The translations under genes and the position numbers were made by a program. The notes beneath the pieces are model-generated. The model had not been told where the DNA came from. It saw only the letters and a program-made list of their open reading frames with translations, and made no database searches. DNA of 61,869 nucleotides, filler included. It is 9 parts of 9 records of this genome, joined end to end, with 100 filler letters (N's around TTAATTAATTAA, not from the genome) between each part and the next. Parts side by side here need not be neighbours in the genome. Positions count along the whole stretch, not along the records: positions 44,138 to 50,425 come from SRR31156797_31393; positions 50,526 to 61,869 come from SRR31156797_31399; 7 more parts are not named here. One strand, 5' to 3'. This document shows, piece after piece, positions 48,630 to 59,377 of this stretch (position 1 is the first letter of the stretch; each line of letters begins with the position of its first letter).

Positions 48630-50425
48630 AAGGAATCAAAACAGGCTTTCTGTCTCTGACGGCGATCCTCCTTGTGTTCACCGGATGCATGAACAACAAG
48701 GTCGATCCGTCGATGGACAAGGTTTCGGCCATCTCCGGCTATGACAGCCAGAAAGAGATGGTCACCGAGATCGGCGGCCGGGACCTGAGCGAACAGGTCA
48801 TAGCCCTGGGCGCCACCGCCGACGTCCACGGGCGCATCTACGCCTACGACTACGCCATCGATTCGGCGGATCAGGACGCGGGCCTTGCCAAGGTGTACAC
48901 CGCCGTGATCCAGGAACGCGCCTCCCATCCGGATATGATACTGATGGATGTGGGCGACACGGTTCAGGACAACTCGGCCGAGCTGTTCAATGACATGGAG
49001 ACCCACCCCATGATACAGGCCCTGAACCAGATGGACTACGACGTCTGGGTTCTGGGAAACCACGAGTTCAACTTTGAGCGTTCCTTTGTAGACAGGAACC
49101 TTCTGAACTTCGACGGCGCCGTTCTGGCGGCCAACATCCGTGAGGAGGCCGACGACAGCCACTACGCCATGCCCTATAAGATCTACAACGTCAACGGCTG
49201 CCGCGTGGGCATCATCGGCCTGCTGCCTCCCCATGTCCCCATCTGGGAAGCCTCGGCTCCCTCCCACTTCCAGGGACTGGATTTCGGAGGAACAGCGGAG
49301 GCCGTCGAGGAGGCCATCGCCGAGATGGATGGGAAGTACGATGTACTGGTCGGCGCCTTCCACCTGGGAAGAACCGATGACAGGGGCGCCGTCGCCGTAC
49401 GGGAGCTGGCCCAGAAATTTCCCGAGTTCACCGTTATCTTCGGGGGCCATGAGCACGCCAAGTACGTAGAGGACATCGGGAAGGTCAAGATCATTGAGCC
49501 CGGAAAATGGGGTTGGGCCCTGGCCCGCGCCGATATCAAGGTCAGGAAATCCGGAGAGGGCTGGACGGTGGAAGAGGTGAACGCCTACAACGTTGAAACC
49601 AAGCCCCTGGATGAGAATCCCGCCATCCTTGACTCCTTCAAATACGTCCACGAGACCTCCGTAGCCGACGCCAACCAGGTGGTCGGCACGATCAGCGCCG
49701 ATTTCGTAGACGGCGTGGACTATCTGACCGGCGCCGACGAGGTCACCACCATGCCCCGCGCCCAGATCGAGGACACCGCCGTCATCGACCTGATCAACAA
49801 GGTCCAGGCCTTCTACACCGGCGCGGAGATCTCATCTGCCGCCCTGTTTAACTTCGGTTCCACCCTCAAGAAGGGGGATTTCAAGAAGAAGGATGTGGTC
49901 TATATCTACAAGTACCCCAACACCCTGGTGGGCGTGAACATCAGCGGCGCCGAGCTGAAGGACTACATGGAGTGGTCCGCCTCCTACTACAACAGCAGCG
50001 CCGAGGGAGACCTGACGGTCAGCTTCAACAAGGAAATCCGCGGTTACAACTACGACATGTTCGCCGGGCTGGACTACGAGATAGACCTGCGCCGTCCCGC
50101 CGGAGACCGGGTGGTCAACGTCATGGTTAACGGAGAGCCCCTGGATTTGAACAGGGAGTATAAGCTGGCGGTGAACAACTACCGCTTCGGCACCCTCCTC
50201 TCCAAGGGCTTCATCACCGATGAGGACAAGTACTACGACTCCTATGAGACCCTGCAGGACGCCGGACGCATCCGCAGCCTGATCGTCAAATACGTACAGG
50301 AAGAGAAGGGAGGCATGATCGCGCCCGAGGTGGATTACAACTGGAAGCTGATAGGATTCGATTTCGCCAATCCCATGATCGAACAGGTGAAGGAGAAGAT
50401 CATGGCCGGACAGCTGGAGATCCCC
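48626..50425 (+). CDS. Bifunctional metallophosphatase/5'-nucleotidase (CpdB/UshA-like) lipoprotein (3'-truncated)
   Basis: Lipobox FTGC, ATADVHG, DVGDTVQ, GNHEFN, GGHEH, YKYPNTL, YNYDMF, AVNNYR. Confidence 0.92.
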
Positions 50426-50582
50426 NNNNNNNNNNNNNNNNNNNNNNNNNNNNNNNNNNNNNNNNNNNNTTAATTAATTAANNNNNNNNNNNNNNNNNNN
50501 NNNNNNNNNNNNNNNNNNNNNNNNNCTCGGCGTTTATCGATTCTCTGTTCTTAGCGATGGCAAGGAATCCCTGACCATCAAG

Positions 50583-50616
50583 AAAAAGGGGTCGCCCAGC
50601 GGACGACCCCTTTTTT
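50583..50616. terminator. Intrinsic terminator after rplM-rpsI
   Basis: AAAAAGGGGTCG-loop-CGACCCCTTTTTT. Confidence 0.88.
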
Positions 50617-50635
50617 CGAACGCCTGCTATTGAGT

Positions 50636-51139
50636 TTAACGCTTCGAGAACTGGAAGCTACGGCGTGCCTTGCGGCGGCCAAACTTCTTTCGTTCGACGA
50701 CGCGGGAATCGCGCGTCAAGAAGCCACCCTTCTTCAATATCGGCCGCAGTGCCGGTTCAAAGAAAGTCAGTGCCCGGCTGATTCCGTGGCGCACGGCTCC
50801 GGCTTGGCCAGAAAGACCACCGCCTGTAACAGTGCAAAACACATCATATTGGCCCGTGCGTTCTGCAACTTCAAACGGTTGATTTATGAGCATGCGCAGA
50901 ACTGGGCGGGCAAAATATACTTCAACTTCACGGCCATTGACCGTGATCTTCCCTGAACCCGGTTTGACCCATACTCGCGCTATTGCGTTTTTCCGCTTGC
51001 CGGTGGCGTATGAGCGGCCCTGGGCGTCGATTTTGGGTTCCGCCAGTGTTTCTGTCGTTTCGACAACCGGTGTATCGGAAGGTGTCGCGCCTTCAACCAA
51101 TTCCTTAAGATCCTCGAGGGTCTTGACTTCCTCGGCCAT
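50636..51139 (-). CDS. rpsI: 30S ribosomal protein S9
   Basis: [23 protein letters not shown]-terminal QFSKR. Confidence 0.98.
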   Translation of the reverse strand: MAEEVKTLEDLKELVEGATPSDTPVVETTETLAEPKIDAQGRSYATGKRKNAIARVWVKPGSGKITVNGREVEVYFARPVLRMLINQPFEVAERTGQYDVFCTVTGGGLSGQAGAVRHGISRALTFFEPALRPILKKGGFLTRDSRVVERKKFGRRKARRSFQFSKR

Positions 51140-51142
51140 GGT

Positions 51143-51607
51143 TTAGGCGCTCCTCTTATTCTTCGGATTCATCAAGGCCACATCCAGCGTTTCGGGCTGC
51201 TGAGCGGTATGCGGATGCTCGGGGCCAGCGTAAACGAACAGTTTGCGCATTTGGCGACGACCCAAAGGCGTACGGCTAATCATGCGCTCGACAGCTTTCT
51301 TGACGACGAATTCGGGTCGCTTGCTAGTAAGCGCTTCTTCTGCCGTCTTGGACTTGATTCCACCCGGCCAGCCGGTGTGCCAGAAATACTGCTTGTCAGT
51401 CAACTTTTTACCGGTAAGGCGTACTTTCTCGGCGTTGATGACGATGATGTTGTCACCGCAGTCGATATGCGGCGTATAGAGGGGTTTATGTTTGCCGCGT
51501 AGGCGCATAGAAATGACACTGGCCAAACGGCCGAGAACAAGGCCTTCAGCATCAATAACGTACCATTTGCGCTCTACGTCCGACGGCTTTGCCGAATAGG
51601 TTTTCAT
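51143..51607 (-). CDS. rplM: 50S ribosomal protein L13
   Basis: [37 protein letters not shown]. Confidence 0.98.
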   Translation of the reverse strand: MKTYSAKPSDVERKWYVIDAEGLVLGRLASVISMRLRGKHKPLYTPHIDCGDNIIVINAEKVRLTGKKLTDKQYFWHTGWPGGIKSKTAEEALTSKRPEFVVKKAVERMISRTPLGRRQMRKLFVYAGPEHPHTAQQPETLDVALMNPKNKRSA

Positions 51608-51766
51608 TTTCTTCCTTCGGGACAGAACACCAAAAACGAGCCGGTTCCAACCGCAGAACCGGAAGGCGCGGAGTATGCCATCCCCATTTCCCTTGTCAAC
51701 GAAAAAACGTTTTAAAATAGTGAGTTATAATAAAGGTATTCTAATACCGCAATTCAGAATTGGCTT

Positions 51767-52966
51767 CTATTCCGCAGGAGCGGTTACCGGCTCTCGGACA
51801 TCGTTAGGTAATAGATATCCAATCAGGGAGGCCGTAACGGCCAAGGCTCCGAGGACGATAAACAACCAGAAGAAACCACCGGTCGTATCGTACATCAGGC
51901 CTGCCAGTTTGATTCCGAGCGCGGAAATCCCGAGGGCGATCACAAATTTTAGTCCATAGGCCAACCCGCGACGATGACTGGGCGCATATCGGGCGACGAG
52001 GCAATTTTCAGCCGGGAGTGTGCCTGAGTTGGTGGCTGCCATGACCATGGCGACCACGACCACGGCATATCCGTCAATCTGCGAAGCTAAAACCAGGAAC
52101 GGGGCTTGCGCCAAAAAAGCTAAACGATAGACGGTCTTCAGGGGATAGTGATCGGCGAGGCGTCCGGCGAAGATTTGCAAAATCCCCGCTGTCAGGTAAA
52201 CAGCGCCGACCAGCAAACCGATTTCGGTGGTTCCCTCCGCGACAGCACCAAAAATCCGTTCTTCGAATAATTTCGGCATTCCTGCTTGAGATGCCTGATA
52301 AATGAGTCCGTTGCAAACCATGGTCAGGGCCATGACCATGATGACGCGCCGAGTATCGTCACGGGACGGTGTCGGCAAAGGAGCAGCGCGATCACCCTTG
52401 CTGTCAACGATTTCTCCACGCACGATGAGATACAGGAAGATAGCCCCGGTTATAATGATCAATATCCCTGGTAGCACAAAAGCAGCGCGCCAGCCGAACA
52501 GGTCAATAAATGCACCGGACATAACCGCCGCTGCGGCCGGTCCGAATCCACCAAACATCCCGTTGATACCCAGTGCCGTTCCACGGTTGACCGCGTTTCT
52601 TACGAGCCAAGCCATACCGACCGGGTGGTATATGCAGGCAAATACACCCGTCACCGCCAGAGACATCCCGATGCCAATAGGTGACTCGGATAGGCCGACC
52701 ATCACCATGCCGCTGCCGGTTCCGATAAAGAACAGTGTCATCATGCCGACGGCGCTCCAGCGATCGCCAAGCCAACCGGCCAATGGTGCCGCGACGCCGA
52801 ACAAGATGCTTCCCGCGAGAATCAGGGAAACCGTGTCGCCATAGGTCAGGCCCAGTTCATCCGCAAGCGTGAGCACCACCACGAAGAAAATAGGTTGGAA
52901 CAAATGTGAATAGCTATGCGCGACACAGGAGAACGCCATTGATAGGTAGGCGGAACGGCGAGACAT
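51767..52966 (-). CDS. MFS transporter
   Basis: 12 TM helices, GWLGDRW motif A, IYHPVG. Confidence 0.9.
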   Translation of the reverse strand: MSRRSAYLSMAFSCVAHSYSHLFQPIFFVVVLTLADELGLTYGDTVSLILAGSILFGVAAPLAGWLGDRWSAVGMMTLFFIGTGSGMVMVGLSESPIGIGMSLAVTGVFACIYHPVGMAWLVRNAVNRGTALGINGMFGGFGPAAAAVMSGAFIDLFGWRAAFVLPGILIIITGAIFLYLIVRGEIVDSKGDRAAPLPTPSRDDTRRVIMVMALTMVCNGLIYQASQAGMPKLFEERIFGAVAEGTTEIGLLVGAVYLTAGILQIFAGRLADHYPLKTVYRLAFLAQAPFLVLASQIDGYAVVVVAMVMAATNSGTLPAENCLVARYAPSHRRGLAYGLKFVIALGISALGIKLAGLMYDTTGGFFWLFIVLGALAVTASLIGYLLPNDVREPVTAPAE

Positions 52967-53183
52967 AGCTTGGAATTCTCCGGTTGCCCGTTGTCATGTT
53001 TGGTCCGGTGGGACCGTTGCTATGATATATATGGAGTTCGGGTCAAGTGCATCCCACGGCGAGAAAAAAAGCGAGTGTTTAAGGGGTGTCTCGAACCTAA
53101 AATGTGGCTGTTTTGTGGAGATATTCTGAGGTTAAAATTGCAAAATGGTTGATCGCCTCTCATCGATTCTCTATTATAAGTAG

Positions 53184-53332
53184 CCTATTTTGAGGATCGC
53201 TCGTATCAATTCCCGGAGTAAACTCCCGGGTTTTGGGAGGTAAAAAAAGAAAAAGCAATTCTCGACCAATTGGTCGAAGCTAAGGGGAAAATGATTTCAT
53301 CGGCAAGACCCAATGTGGTCTTGCCGTTTTTG
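53184..53332 (+). ncRNA. Candidate intergenic small RNA
   Basis: Promoter TTGATC-N17-TATTAT (53149-53177), two internal hairpins, terminator at 53301-53331, no convincing ORF. Confidence 0.4.
53301..53331 (+). terminator. Intrinsic terminator (plus-strand polarity)
   Basis: CGGCAAGACC-CAATGT-GGTCTTGCCG-TTTTT. Confidence 0.75.
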
Positions 53333-53385
53333 TTAGCTGGATTAATCCGATCGAAAATGGATTGGGACTGATGTTGGGCGCCAAT

Positions 53386-53934
53386 TTAGATATCAGACGG
53401 ACCACTCATCCATGGAGGCGATCGTTCAGCAATAAGGGAATAAACCTTGCAGTCGGCACGATGGGCTCCCGGCAAATAGCCGATACTCATCAAAAATTCA
53501 TTGACGACTTCTGGTCCCATGAACCGGAATATCGAACGAAAAAGTTTTATCCAGTCCTTCAATGGCAGAGGATGGTGGGCGGCAATCCACTTGTCGAAAC
53601 CACCGTGACTTTGGCGTAAGCTGATTACCTGCTGTGCGTTCAAAATAATCGCTTCGATTTTCCGGCGGTTGCGAATGATGTTGGCATTTGTAAGTAGGCG
53701 AAGAATTTCCGTCTCATCGTAGGTTGCAACTTTGTTGGCGTCGAAACCGTCAAATGCCGCATGAATGGCTTCGCGTTTTTTCAGGACGATAAGCCAAGAA
53801 AGCCCTGCTTGAAATATTTCCAGAGAAATACGCTCCAACAAGGCGGATTCCTCGTCAATAGGAAAACCGTATTCCTCGTCGTGGTACGGGCCATGAAAAG
53901 GATGTCCTGGCGCAGAGTCGCAATACGACGACAT
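53386..53934 (-). CDS. tag: DNA-3-methyladenine glycosylase I
   Basis: YHDEEYG, LEIFQAGLSW, IIRNRRKI, FRFMGP, GAHRADC. Confidence 0.92.
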   Translation of the reverse strand: MSSYCDSAPGHPFHGPYHDEEYGFPIDEESALLERISLEIFQAGLSWLIVLKKREAIHAAFDGFDANKVATYDETEILRLLTNANIIRNRRKIEAIILNAQQVISLRQSHGGFDKWIAAHHPLPLKDWIKLFRSIFRFMGPEVVNEFLMSIGYLPGAHRADCKVYSLIAERSPPWMSGPSDI

Positions 53935-53938
53935 TGTT

Positions 53939-54181
53939 TTAACCCTGTCGAAAGGTAATCAGTCCAGTATCCACCAATATATAAGCAATCCCCCACAACA
54001 CAGCTGTGATTGCAGTCGTGACTACTATTTTAATTATCAGTCTTGGTCTTGCCGGAGCACTTGGCGCGTGGCCGCGGGCAACATCGGCCGAATCAATCGG
54101 TCGGTTTCCCCATGGAAGAACCATGAAGACAACCAACCACCAAATCACCACAAATACGGCAGTACCGGTGACCCAGTTCAT
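53939..54181 (-). CDS. DUF1467 family membrane protein
   Basis: VIWWLVVFMVLPWG...GHAPSAPARP, in its typical position after mce. Confidence 0.85.
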   Translation of the reverse strand: MNWVTGTAVFVVIWWLVVFMVLPWGNRPIDSADVARGHAPSAPARPRLIIKIVVTTAITAVLWGIAYILVDTGLITFRQG

Positions 54182-54603
54182 CGGCCCGTACTTTCTGTTT
54201 TTACCTGCTCAAGTTCTATCAGAGTGCCGGAAAAATCGTTTGGATGGAGAAAAACAACAGGATTGCCATGGGCGCCTGTTTTCGGTTCGCCTGTGCCGAT
54301 AACTTTTGCACCACTGCCACTAATGTGGTCGCAAGCTGCTCCAATATCGGTAACCTCAAGGCAAATATGATGAATTCCTCCGGCTGGATTGCGTTCGAGA
54401 AATCTGCGTATCGGAGATTCCGAGCCCAGGGGTTCCAACAGCTCAATCTTTGTGTTTTCTAGATCGACAAAGACGCTCGTAACCCCATGATCCGGCAATG
54501 CCACCGGGAGTGAAACCTGCGCCCCCAGCGTATCGCGATAGTGCTTTGTTGCCAAATCTAGGTCAGGCACCGCAATGGCAACGTGATTTAGCCTACCGAT
54601 CAT
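54178..54603 (-). CDS. mce: Methylmalonyl-CoA epimerase
   Basis: LNHVAIAVPDL, KIELLEP, GGIHHIC, GAHG.PVVFLHP, LIELEQ. Confidence 0.93.
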   Translation of the reverse strand: MIGRLNHVAIAVPDLDLATKHYRDTLGAQVSLPVALPDHGVTSVFVDLENTKIELLEPLGSESPIRRFLERNPAGGIHHICLEVTDIGAACDHISGSGAKVIGTGEPKTGAHGNPVVFLHPNDFSGTLIELEQVKTESTGR

Positions 54604-54634
54604 CTGCCCTCCTTGTCCGCCCCGTCCATTTCAG

Positions 54635-56299
54635 TCATACCCGGACGAGATGAATCCGAGTCACAGGCTTTTTTCCGACCGCTTTCCTGAATGCGCGTCG
54701 AACCACCAAACGAAGTGATTCTGCCGCAGATTCGTCATTTTTTCTTTCCGCATCGTCGAACCGGGCGATTGTGCGTTTGATTTCTGCGCGAATTGCGGAA
54801 AGGGTGGCATCCTCCCCCGCTTCCAGAAGCCCTACGACAGAAATCTGGGGTTCTGCCATCAGTTTTCCAGCAATGTCCAAGACCACGGTCACAGTTGCTG
54901 CTCCGCCAAACATGGCTTGGCTCCGGCTTCTCATAATCTCCCCTCGTAAGGGAACCAACCGGTTTCCTTCTACGGCCAAACGGCCGACAGGTACGTTGTC
55001 GACCACCTTCGGTTCGCCGGGGCCAATTCGAACCACTGCTCCGTTCTCGATTACAATCGTTTGGTTGGCACCGCATTCCTTAGCTAAGTTGGCGTGTTCA
55101 GCAAGATGCCGGGCTTCGCCATGAACAGGGATGCTGATCGACGGGCGGACCAAACGGTACATCGTCTCCATTTCGTCACGAGCCGGATGCCCGGATACAT
55201 GGACGAAAGAGTCCTTCTCGGTGACAACCCTGATCCCTCTTTGTGTCAGCAGGTTCTGAATCCTTGCGATGGCGACTTCATTTCCCGGAATTACTCTCGA
55301 AGAAAAAATGACGGTGTCGCCAGGATCAAAATCGATACGAGGGTGTGAACCATCTGCGATACGCGATAGGGCCGCTCGGGGCTCGCCCTGGCTACCGGTA
55401 CAAATGATTAGGGTGTCTTCCTTGGGAAGATGCTTGGCGGCGTCTTCGTCAAGAAATGCGGGTAGATCGGTCAAATAGCCGTTTTCACGGGCAGCGTCAT
55501 ACATGCGCCGCAGTGATCTACCCGCCAACACGACACTTCGCCCGTTTGCACTTGCAGCCTTCGAGATTGTCTCCAGTCGACCGATGTTGCTTGCGAAGCA
55601 AGCGACCGCAACTCGGTTTTCAAAGTTAGAAATGACTTTCGTCAGGCTGGCAAGTAGATCCGATTCGGAGCCCGATGTACTTTCTTCAAATACATTAGTG
55701 GAGTCACAGACAATAGCCCGAACTCCTTCATCCCCTAGCTTAAGAAGCGTTTTCTCTTCCGTTTTCGAACCGATGACGGGATCAGGATCCAGACGCCAAT
55801 CCCCAGTATGGAAAACAAGGCCCATAGGAGTTCGAATGGCAATCGCATTTGGCTCTGGAATAGAGTGAGTCAGTGTCACCATTTCAAGGTCAAACGGACC
55901 GATTTCAAATCGACCGCTGAGAGGTACGGTCCGGAGAGGGATATCAGCCTCGATACCCTCCTCCCGCAATTTCCGGCCAAGTACCGAAAGAGTGAAAGGC
56001 GTTCCATAGATGGGACAGCCCAGACGATCCCAAAGGTAGGGTACCGCTCCGATATGGTCTTCATGAGCATGGGTTAGGACCAAACCGACAAGGTCTTTCG
56101 CTCTTTCTTCGATGAAAGCAGGGTCTGGAAGAATGACATCAATTCCAGGTGTTTTGCTGTCGCCAAAGGTTATTCCCAAGTCAACCATCAACCATTGCCG
56201 ATTTTCAGGTGAACCAATGCCGTAGAGATTGAGGTTCATGCCAATCTCGCCCGTCCCGCCTAATGGCACGAACAAAAGGTCTTCTGTTTCTTGGGTCAT
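54635..56299 (-). CDS. rnj: Ribonuclease J
   Basis: PLGGTGEIGMN, THAHEDHIG, HSIPE, TGSQGEP, HVSGH, PVHGE. Confidence 0.95.
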   Translation of the reverse strand: MTQETEDLLFVPLGGTGEIGMNLNLYGIGSPENRQWLMVDLGITFGDSKTPGIDVILPDPAFIEERAKDLVGLVLTHAHEDHIGAVPYLWDRLGCPIYGTPFTLSVLGRKLREEGIEADIPLRTVPLSGRFEIGPFDLEMVTLTHSIPEPNAIAIRTPMGLVFHTGDWRLDPDPVIGSKTEEKTLLKLGDEGVRAIVCDSTNVFEESTSGSESDLLASLTKVISNFENRVAVACFASNIGRLETISKAASANGRSVVLAGRSLRRMYDAARENGYLTDLPAFLDEDAAKHLPKEDTLIICTGSQGEPRAALSRIADGSHPRIDFDPGDTVIFSSRVIPGNEVAIARIQNLLTQRGIRVVTEKDSFVHVSGHPARDEMETMYRLVRPSISIPVHGEARHLAEHANLAKECGANQTIVIENGAVVRIGPGEPKVVDNVPVGRLAVEGNRLVPLRGEIMRSRSQAMFGGAATVTVVLDIAGKLMAEPQISVVGLLEAGEDATLSAIRAEIKRTIARFDDAERKNDESAAESLRLVVRRAFRKAVGKKPVTRIHLVRV

Positions 56300-57090
56300 C
56301 AGTCCGAATTGCGCCGATGGATTTCGAGCAATCCCTTAAGAGTTAAATCGAGATCCGTGTGATCGATATGGTTGCTTGCTTCGGCGAACAACGGCGCCAA
56401 GCCTCCTGTGGCAACAACCTTCATGTGGCCAGTTTCTGTAGTGCCGCCATCGAATTCCAATCCAATTCTGTCGACCAGGCCCTCGATCAATCCGACATAC
56501 CCCCAATAAACACCTGACTGCATCGCGGGAGTTGTCGATTTCCCGATAACTTGAGCAGGCCTTTCTATAGCGATTGGCGGCAACATTGCGGCTGCTTTCT
56601 CAAGCGCCTCCAACGAAAGATTAATTCCTGGAGCGATTGCGCCCCCGCAATAGTTGCCCGAACCGTCGATGACATCAAACGTCGTTGCTGTCCCGAAATC
56701 GATAACGATCAAAGGACCGCCGTAATGTGTTTGCGCGCCGACGGCATTTGCGATTCGATCTGCGCCTGCCTTTTCGGGAGAATCCAAGAATACCTCGATA
56801 CCGAGCCGGACGCCTTCATTGCCGACGATTAGTGGATCCACGTCAAAATACCGGCGGCACAAGGTCTTCAAATTGAATAATGTGCTTGGAACAACCGTTG
56901 CAACGATGGCGGCATCGATATCAGTCCTGTCAATCTCCGCCAACTGCATCAGATGGGTCAACCAAACCCAAAGTTCGTCCGCGGTTCTATTTACATTGGT
57001 TGCGGATCGCCATTCGCCGCGCATCTCACCATCGTCGTCAAAAACCGCAAACACGATGTTGGTGTTGCCGGAATCAATTGCCAGAAGCAT
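56299..57090 (-). CDS. coaX: Type III pantothenate kinase
   Basis: [29 protein letters not shown]. Confidence 0.95.
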   Translation of the reverse strand: MLLAIDSGNTNIVFAVFDDDGEMRGEWRSATNVNRTADELWVWLTHLMQLAEIDRTDIDAAIVATVVPSTLFNLKTLCRRYFDVDPLIVGNEGVRLGIEVFLDSPEKAGADRIANAVGAQTHYGGPLIVIDFGTATTFDVIDGSGNYCGGAIAPGINLSLEALEKAAAMLPPIAIERPAQVIGKSTTPAMQSGVYWGYVGLIEGLVDRIGLEFDGGTTETGHMKVVATGGLAPLFAEASNHIDHTDLDLTLKGLLEIHRRNSD

Positions 57091-57874
57091 CGGTGTCTCC
57101 GGGTGAAACAAAAAGAGTGTTGGGGAAAAAAACGTCACCGGAGGTTATTGTCATCCTTTGCCCACCCTCCAGCAACAAAACCATCGCTCCCTCGGAATTC
57201 AGGTTCTCGAAAATACCGGTAATCGTTTTGTTCGCGAGATTGACCCGAACGTTTTGACCCAATCCAGCCGCAATTGCCAGCCAGGACTCCCGAATTTTGG
57301 CAAAACCACCCTTCTCCCAAATATACCGCCAATGGGAAAACCGACGACAAAAAGAAAAAAGGACATCTTCCGGGAGAACAATAGGATTTCCCCATTCACA
57401 AATGGAAGTGGCCGGAAACAAGCCGTCCTTTGGGTGATTCGCGATATTGACCCCGGCACCTATGACAAGCCACTCGACAGTTCGTCCAGAAACAGGCGCT
57501 GTTTCAAGCAAAAGGCCAGCTATCTTTCGACCGCCAACTAGGACGTCATTGGGCCACTTGCAGGATATGTCGGCATCTTTCTGTACAAACTCCGATATGG
57601 ATTCGGCTACAGCCAGAGATGCAACGAAACTTAGTTGGGCGATGGTGGTGACTGGTCCATCGATTCGAAGCAACATTGAAAAGTACAGGTTTCCTGCCTC
57701 TGATATCCACGTCCGGCCATATCTCCCGCGACCGGAGGTTTGAATATTGGCTGAAACGATAGTCCCGTCTGCGGCTCCACGTTGGGCCAACAATCGGACC
57801 TCATCATTTGTGCTGCCGACACAATCTTTGCGGAAAAGACTGAACCCTTCTGGGAGGTTGCCCGAACCCATCAA
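57074..57874 (-). CDS. birA: Biotin-[acetyl-CoA carboxylase] ligase (no HTH)
   Basis: [27 protein letters not shown]. Confidence 0.95.
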   Translation of the reverse strand: MMGSGNLPEGFSLFRKDCVGSTNDEVRLLAQRGAADGTIVSANIQTSGRGRYGRTWISEAGNLYFSMLLRIDGPVTTIAQLSFVASLAVAESISEFVQKDADISCKWPNDVLVGGRKIAGLLLETAPVSGRTVEWLVIGAGVNIANHPKDGLFPATSICEWGNPIVLPEDVLFSFCRRFSHWRYIWEKGGFAKIRESWLAIAAGLGQNVRVNLANKTITGIFENLNSEGAMVLLLEGGQRMTITSGDVFFPNTLFVSPGDTDASGN

Positions 57875-59352
57875 CCAGCGAAAAGCGCAGCAGCTGCAGT
57901 TCCCGCACCGTCTACCAATAGACCGGGCTGGAGGAAGAACAGCAAGATAACTAGGCTGGTGCCCAAAAGCACAATGCCTGTTTCACGTTTAATCGGCGTG
58001 TCGAATGCGTCAACGAGATCGTCAAAATACATGAGCTTGACGATACGAAGATAATAAAACGCCGCTATTACACTGGTCAAAACGCCCATAACGGCTAGGC
58101 CGTATAAACCCGATTCGATTGCCGCAAGAAAAATATACAGCTTTCCAAAAAAACCGGCCAATGGCGGAATACCGGCCATCGAGAACATGAATATTGCGAA
58201 TGCCAGTGCCACCATTGGGTGGGACTTTGCCATCCCAGACAAGTCCTCAATGTCTTCGACCATAGTTTCACCCCGGCGCATGCAAAGGATGCACGCAAAT
58301 GCACCAAGATTCATGAAGATATATATGACCATGTAAATCAGCACACCACGAACACCTGCTTCGGTGCCAGCGGTCAGTCCGATCAACGCATAACCGACGT
58401 GTCCAATTGAACTGTAGGCCATCATTCTCTTGATGTTGGTCTGATTGATGGCAACAAATCCACCAAGAATCATTGATGCGACCGACACAAACCACACGAT
58501 CTGCTGCCATTGATCGAGAAGATCCCCGAATGGGCCAACCATGACACGAACAAAGAGCCCAATCGCCGCGAGTTTCGGTGCTACCGAGAAAAATGCGGTA
58601 ACTGGCGTTGGCGCGCCTTCGTACACATCGGGCGTCCACATGTGGAATGGAACTGCGGATACCTTAAATGCCAATCCGACCAAAATAAAAACGATGCCGA
58701 TGATAAGGCCTATCGACGGATTTCCCGCCGCAGTACCACCAACAACAGCAGCCAACCCATCGAACGAAGTTGTACCGGAAAAACCGTACACGAGGGATGC
58801 GCCATAAAGGAGCATGCCTGAGGCAAGAGCTCCCAGAACAAAATACTTGAGACCGGCTTCCGTCGAACGTAAATCGTGTCGTTGGAATGACGCGATGACA
58901 TAAAGGGATAAACTTTGCATTTCCAGGCCAACATATAAGGCAATCAAATCGTTGGCCGATACCATCATCATCATGCCAAGTGTGGCAAAAAGGACCAGTA
59001 CCGTATATTCGAACCGGGCTATTCCCTGCTTTTCCAGGTAATCCTGTGCGATCACCACCGAAATAGCAGAGGCAATCAACACAAAAACCTTAAGAAAAAT
59101 GGCGAACGGGTCGCTTTTGAACATGCCGCCAAAAGTGTCGACGGTGCCGCTGGTCGCAATCGTGAGCACTAGCAGAACGGTCAATACCAGCGCAATGACA
59201 CCAAGAGTTGATACCAATCTGGCCGATCGGAAGTTCTCCTTGGTGGAGCCTGATTTCTGAAACACTCCGAGCATCAACAACGTCATCGTGATGCACACCA
59301 GAAAAAGCTCCGGCAACGCAGGAATCAGGTTTGGCAAGTTCGCCGTCGGCAT
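57871..59352 (-). CDS. nuoN: NADH-quinone oxidoreductase subunit N
   Basis: [41 protein letters not shown]. Confidence 0.96.
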   Translation of the reverse strand: MPTANLPNLIPALPELFLVCITMTLLMLGVFQKSGSTKENFRSARLVSTLGVIALVLTVLLVLTIATSGTVDTFGGMFKSDPFAIFLKVFVLIASAISVVIAQDYLEKQGIARFEYTVLVLFATLGMMMMVSANDLIALYVGLEMQSLSLYVIASFQRHDLRSTEAGLKYFVLGALASGMLLYGASLVYGFSGTTSFDGLAAVVGGTAAGNPSIGLIIGIVFILVGLAFKVSAVPFHMWTPDVYEGAPTPVTAFFSVAPKLAAIGLFVRVMVGPFGDLLDQWQQIVWFVSVASMILGGFVAINQTNIKRMMAYSSIGHVGYALIGLTAGTEAGVRGVLIYMVIYIFMNLGAFACILCMRRGETMVEDIEDLSGMAKSHPMVALAFAIFMFSMAGIPPLAGFFGKLYIFLAAIESGLYGLAVMGVLTSVIAAFYYLRIVKLMYFDDLVDAFDTPIKRETGIVLLGTSLVILLFFLQPGLLVDGAGTAAAALFAG

Positions 59353-59377
59353 ACGCCGGATCTCCTTTAATTCTCTA

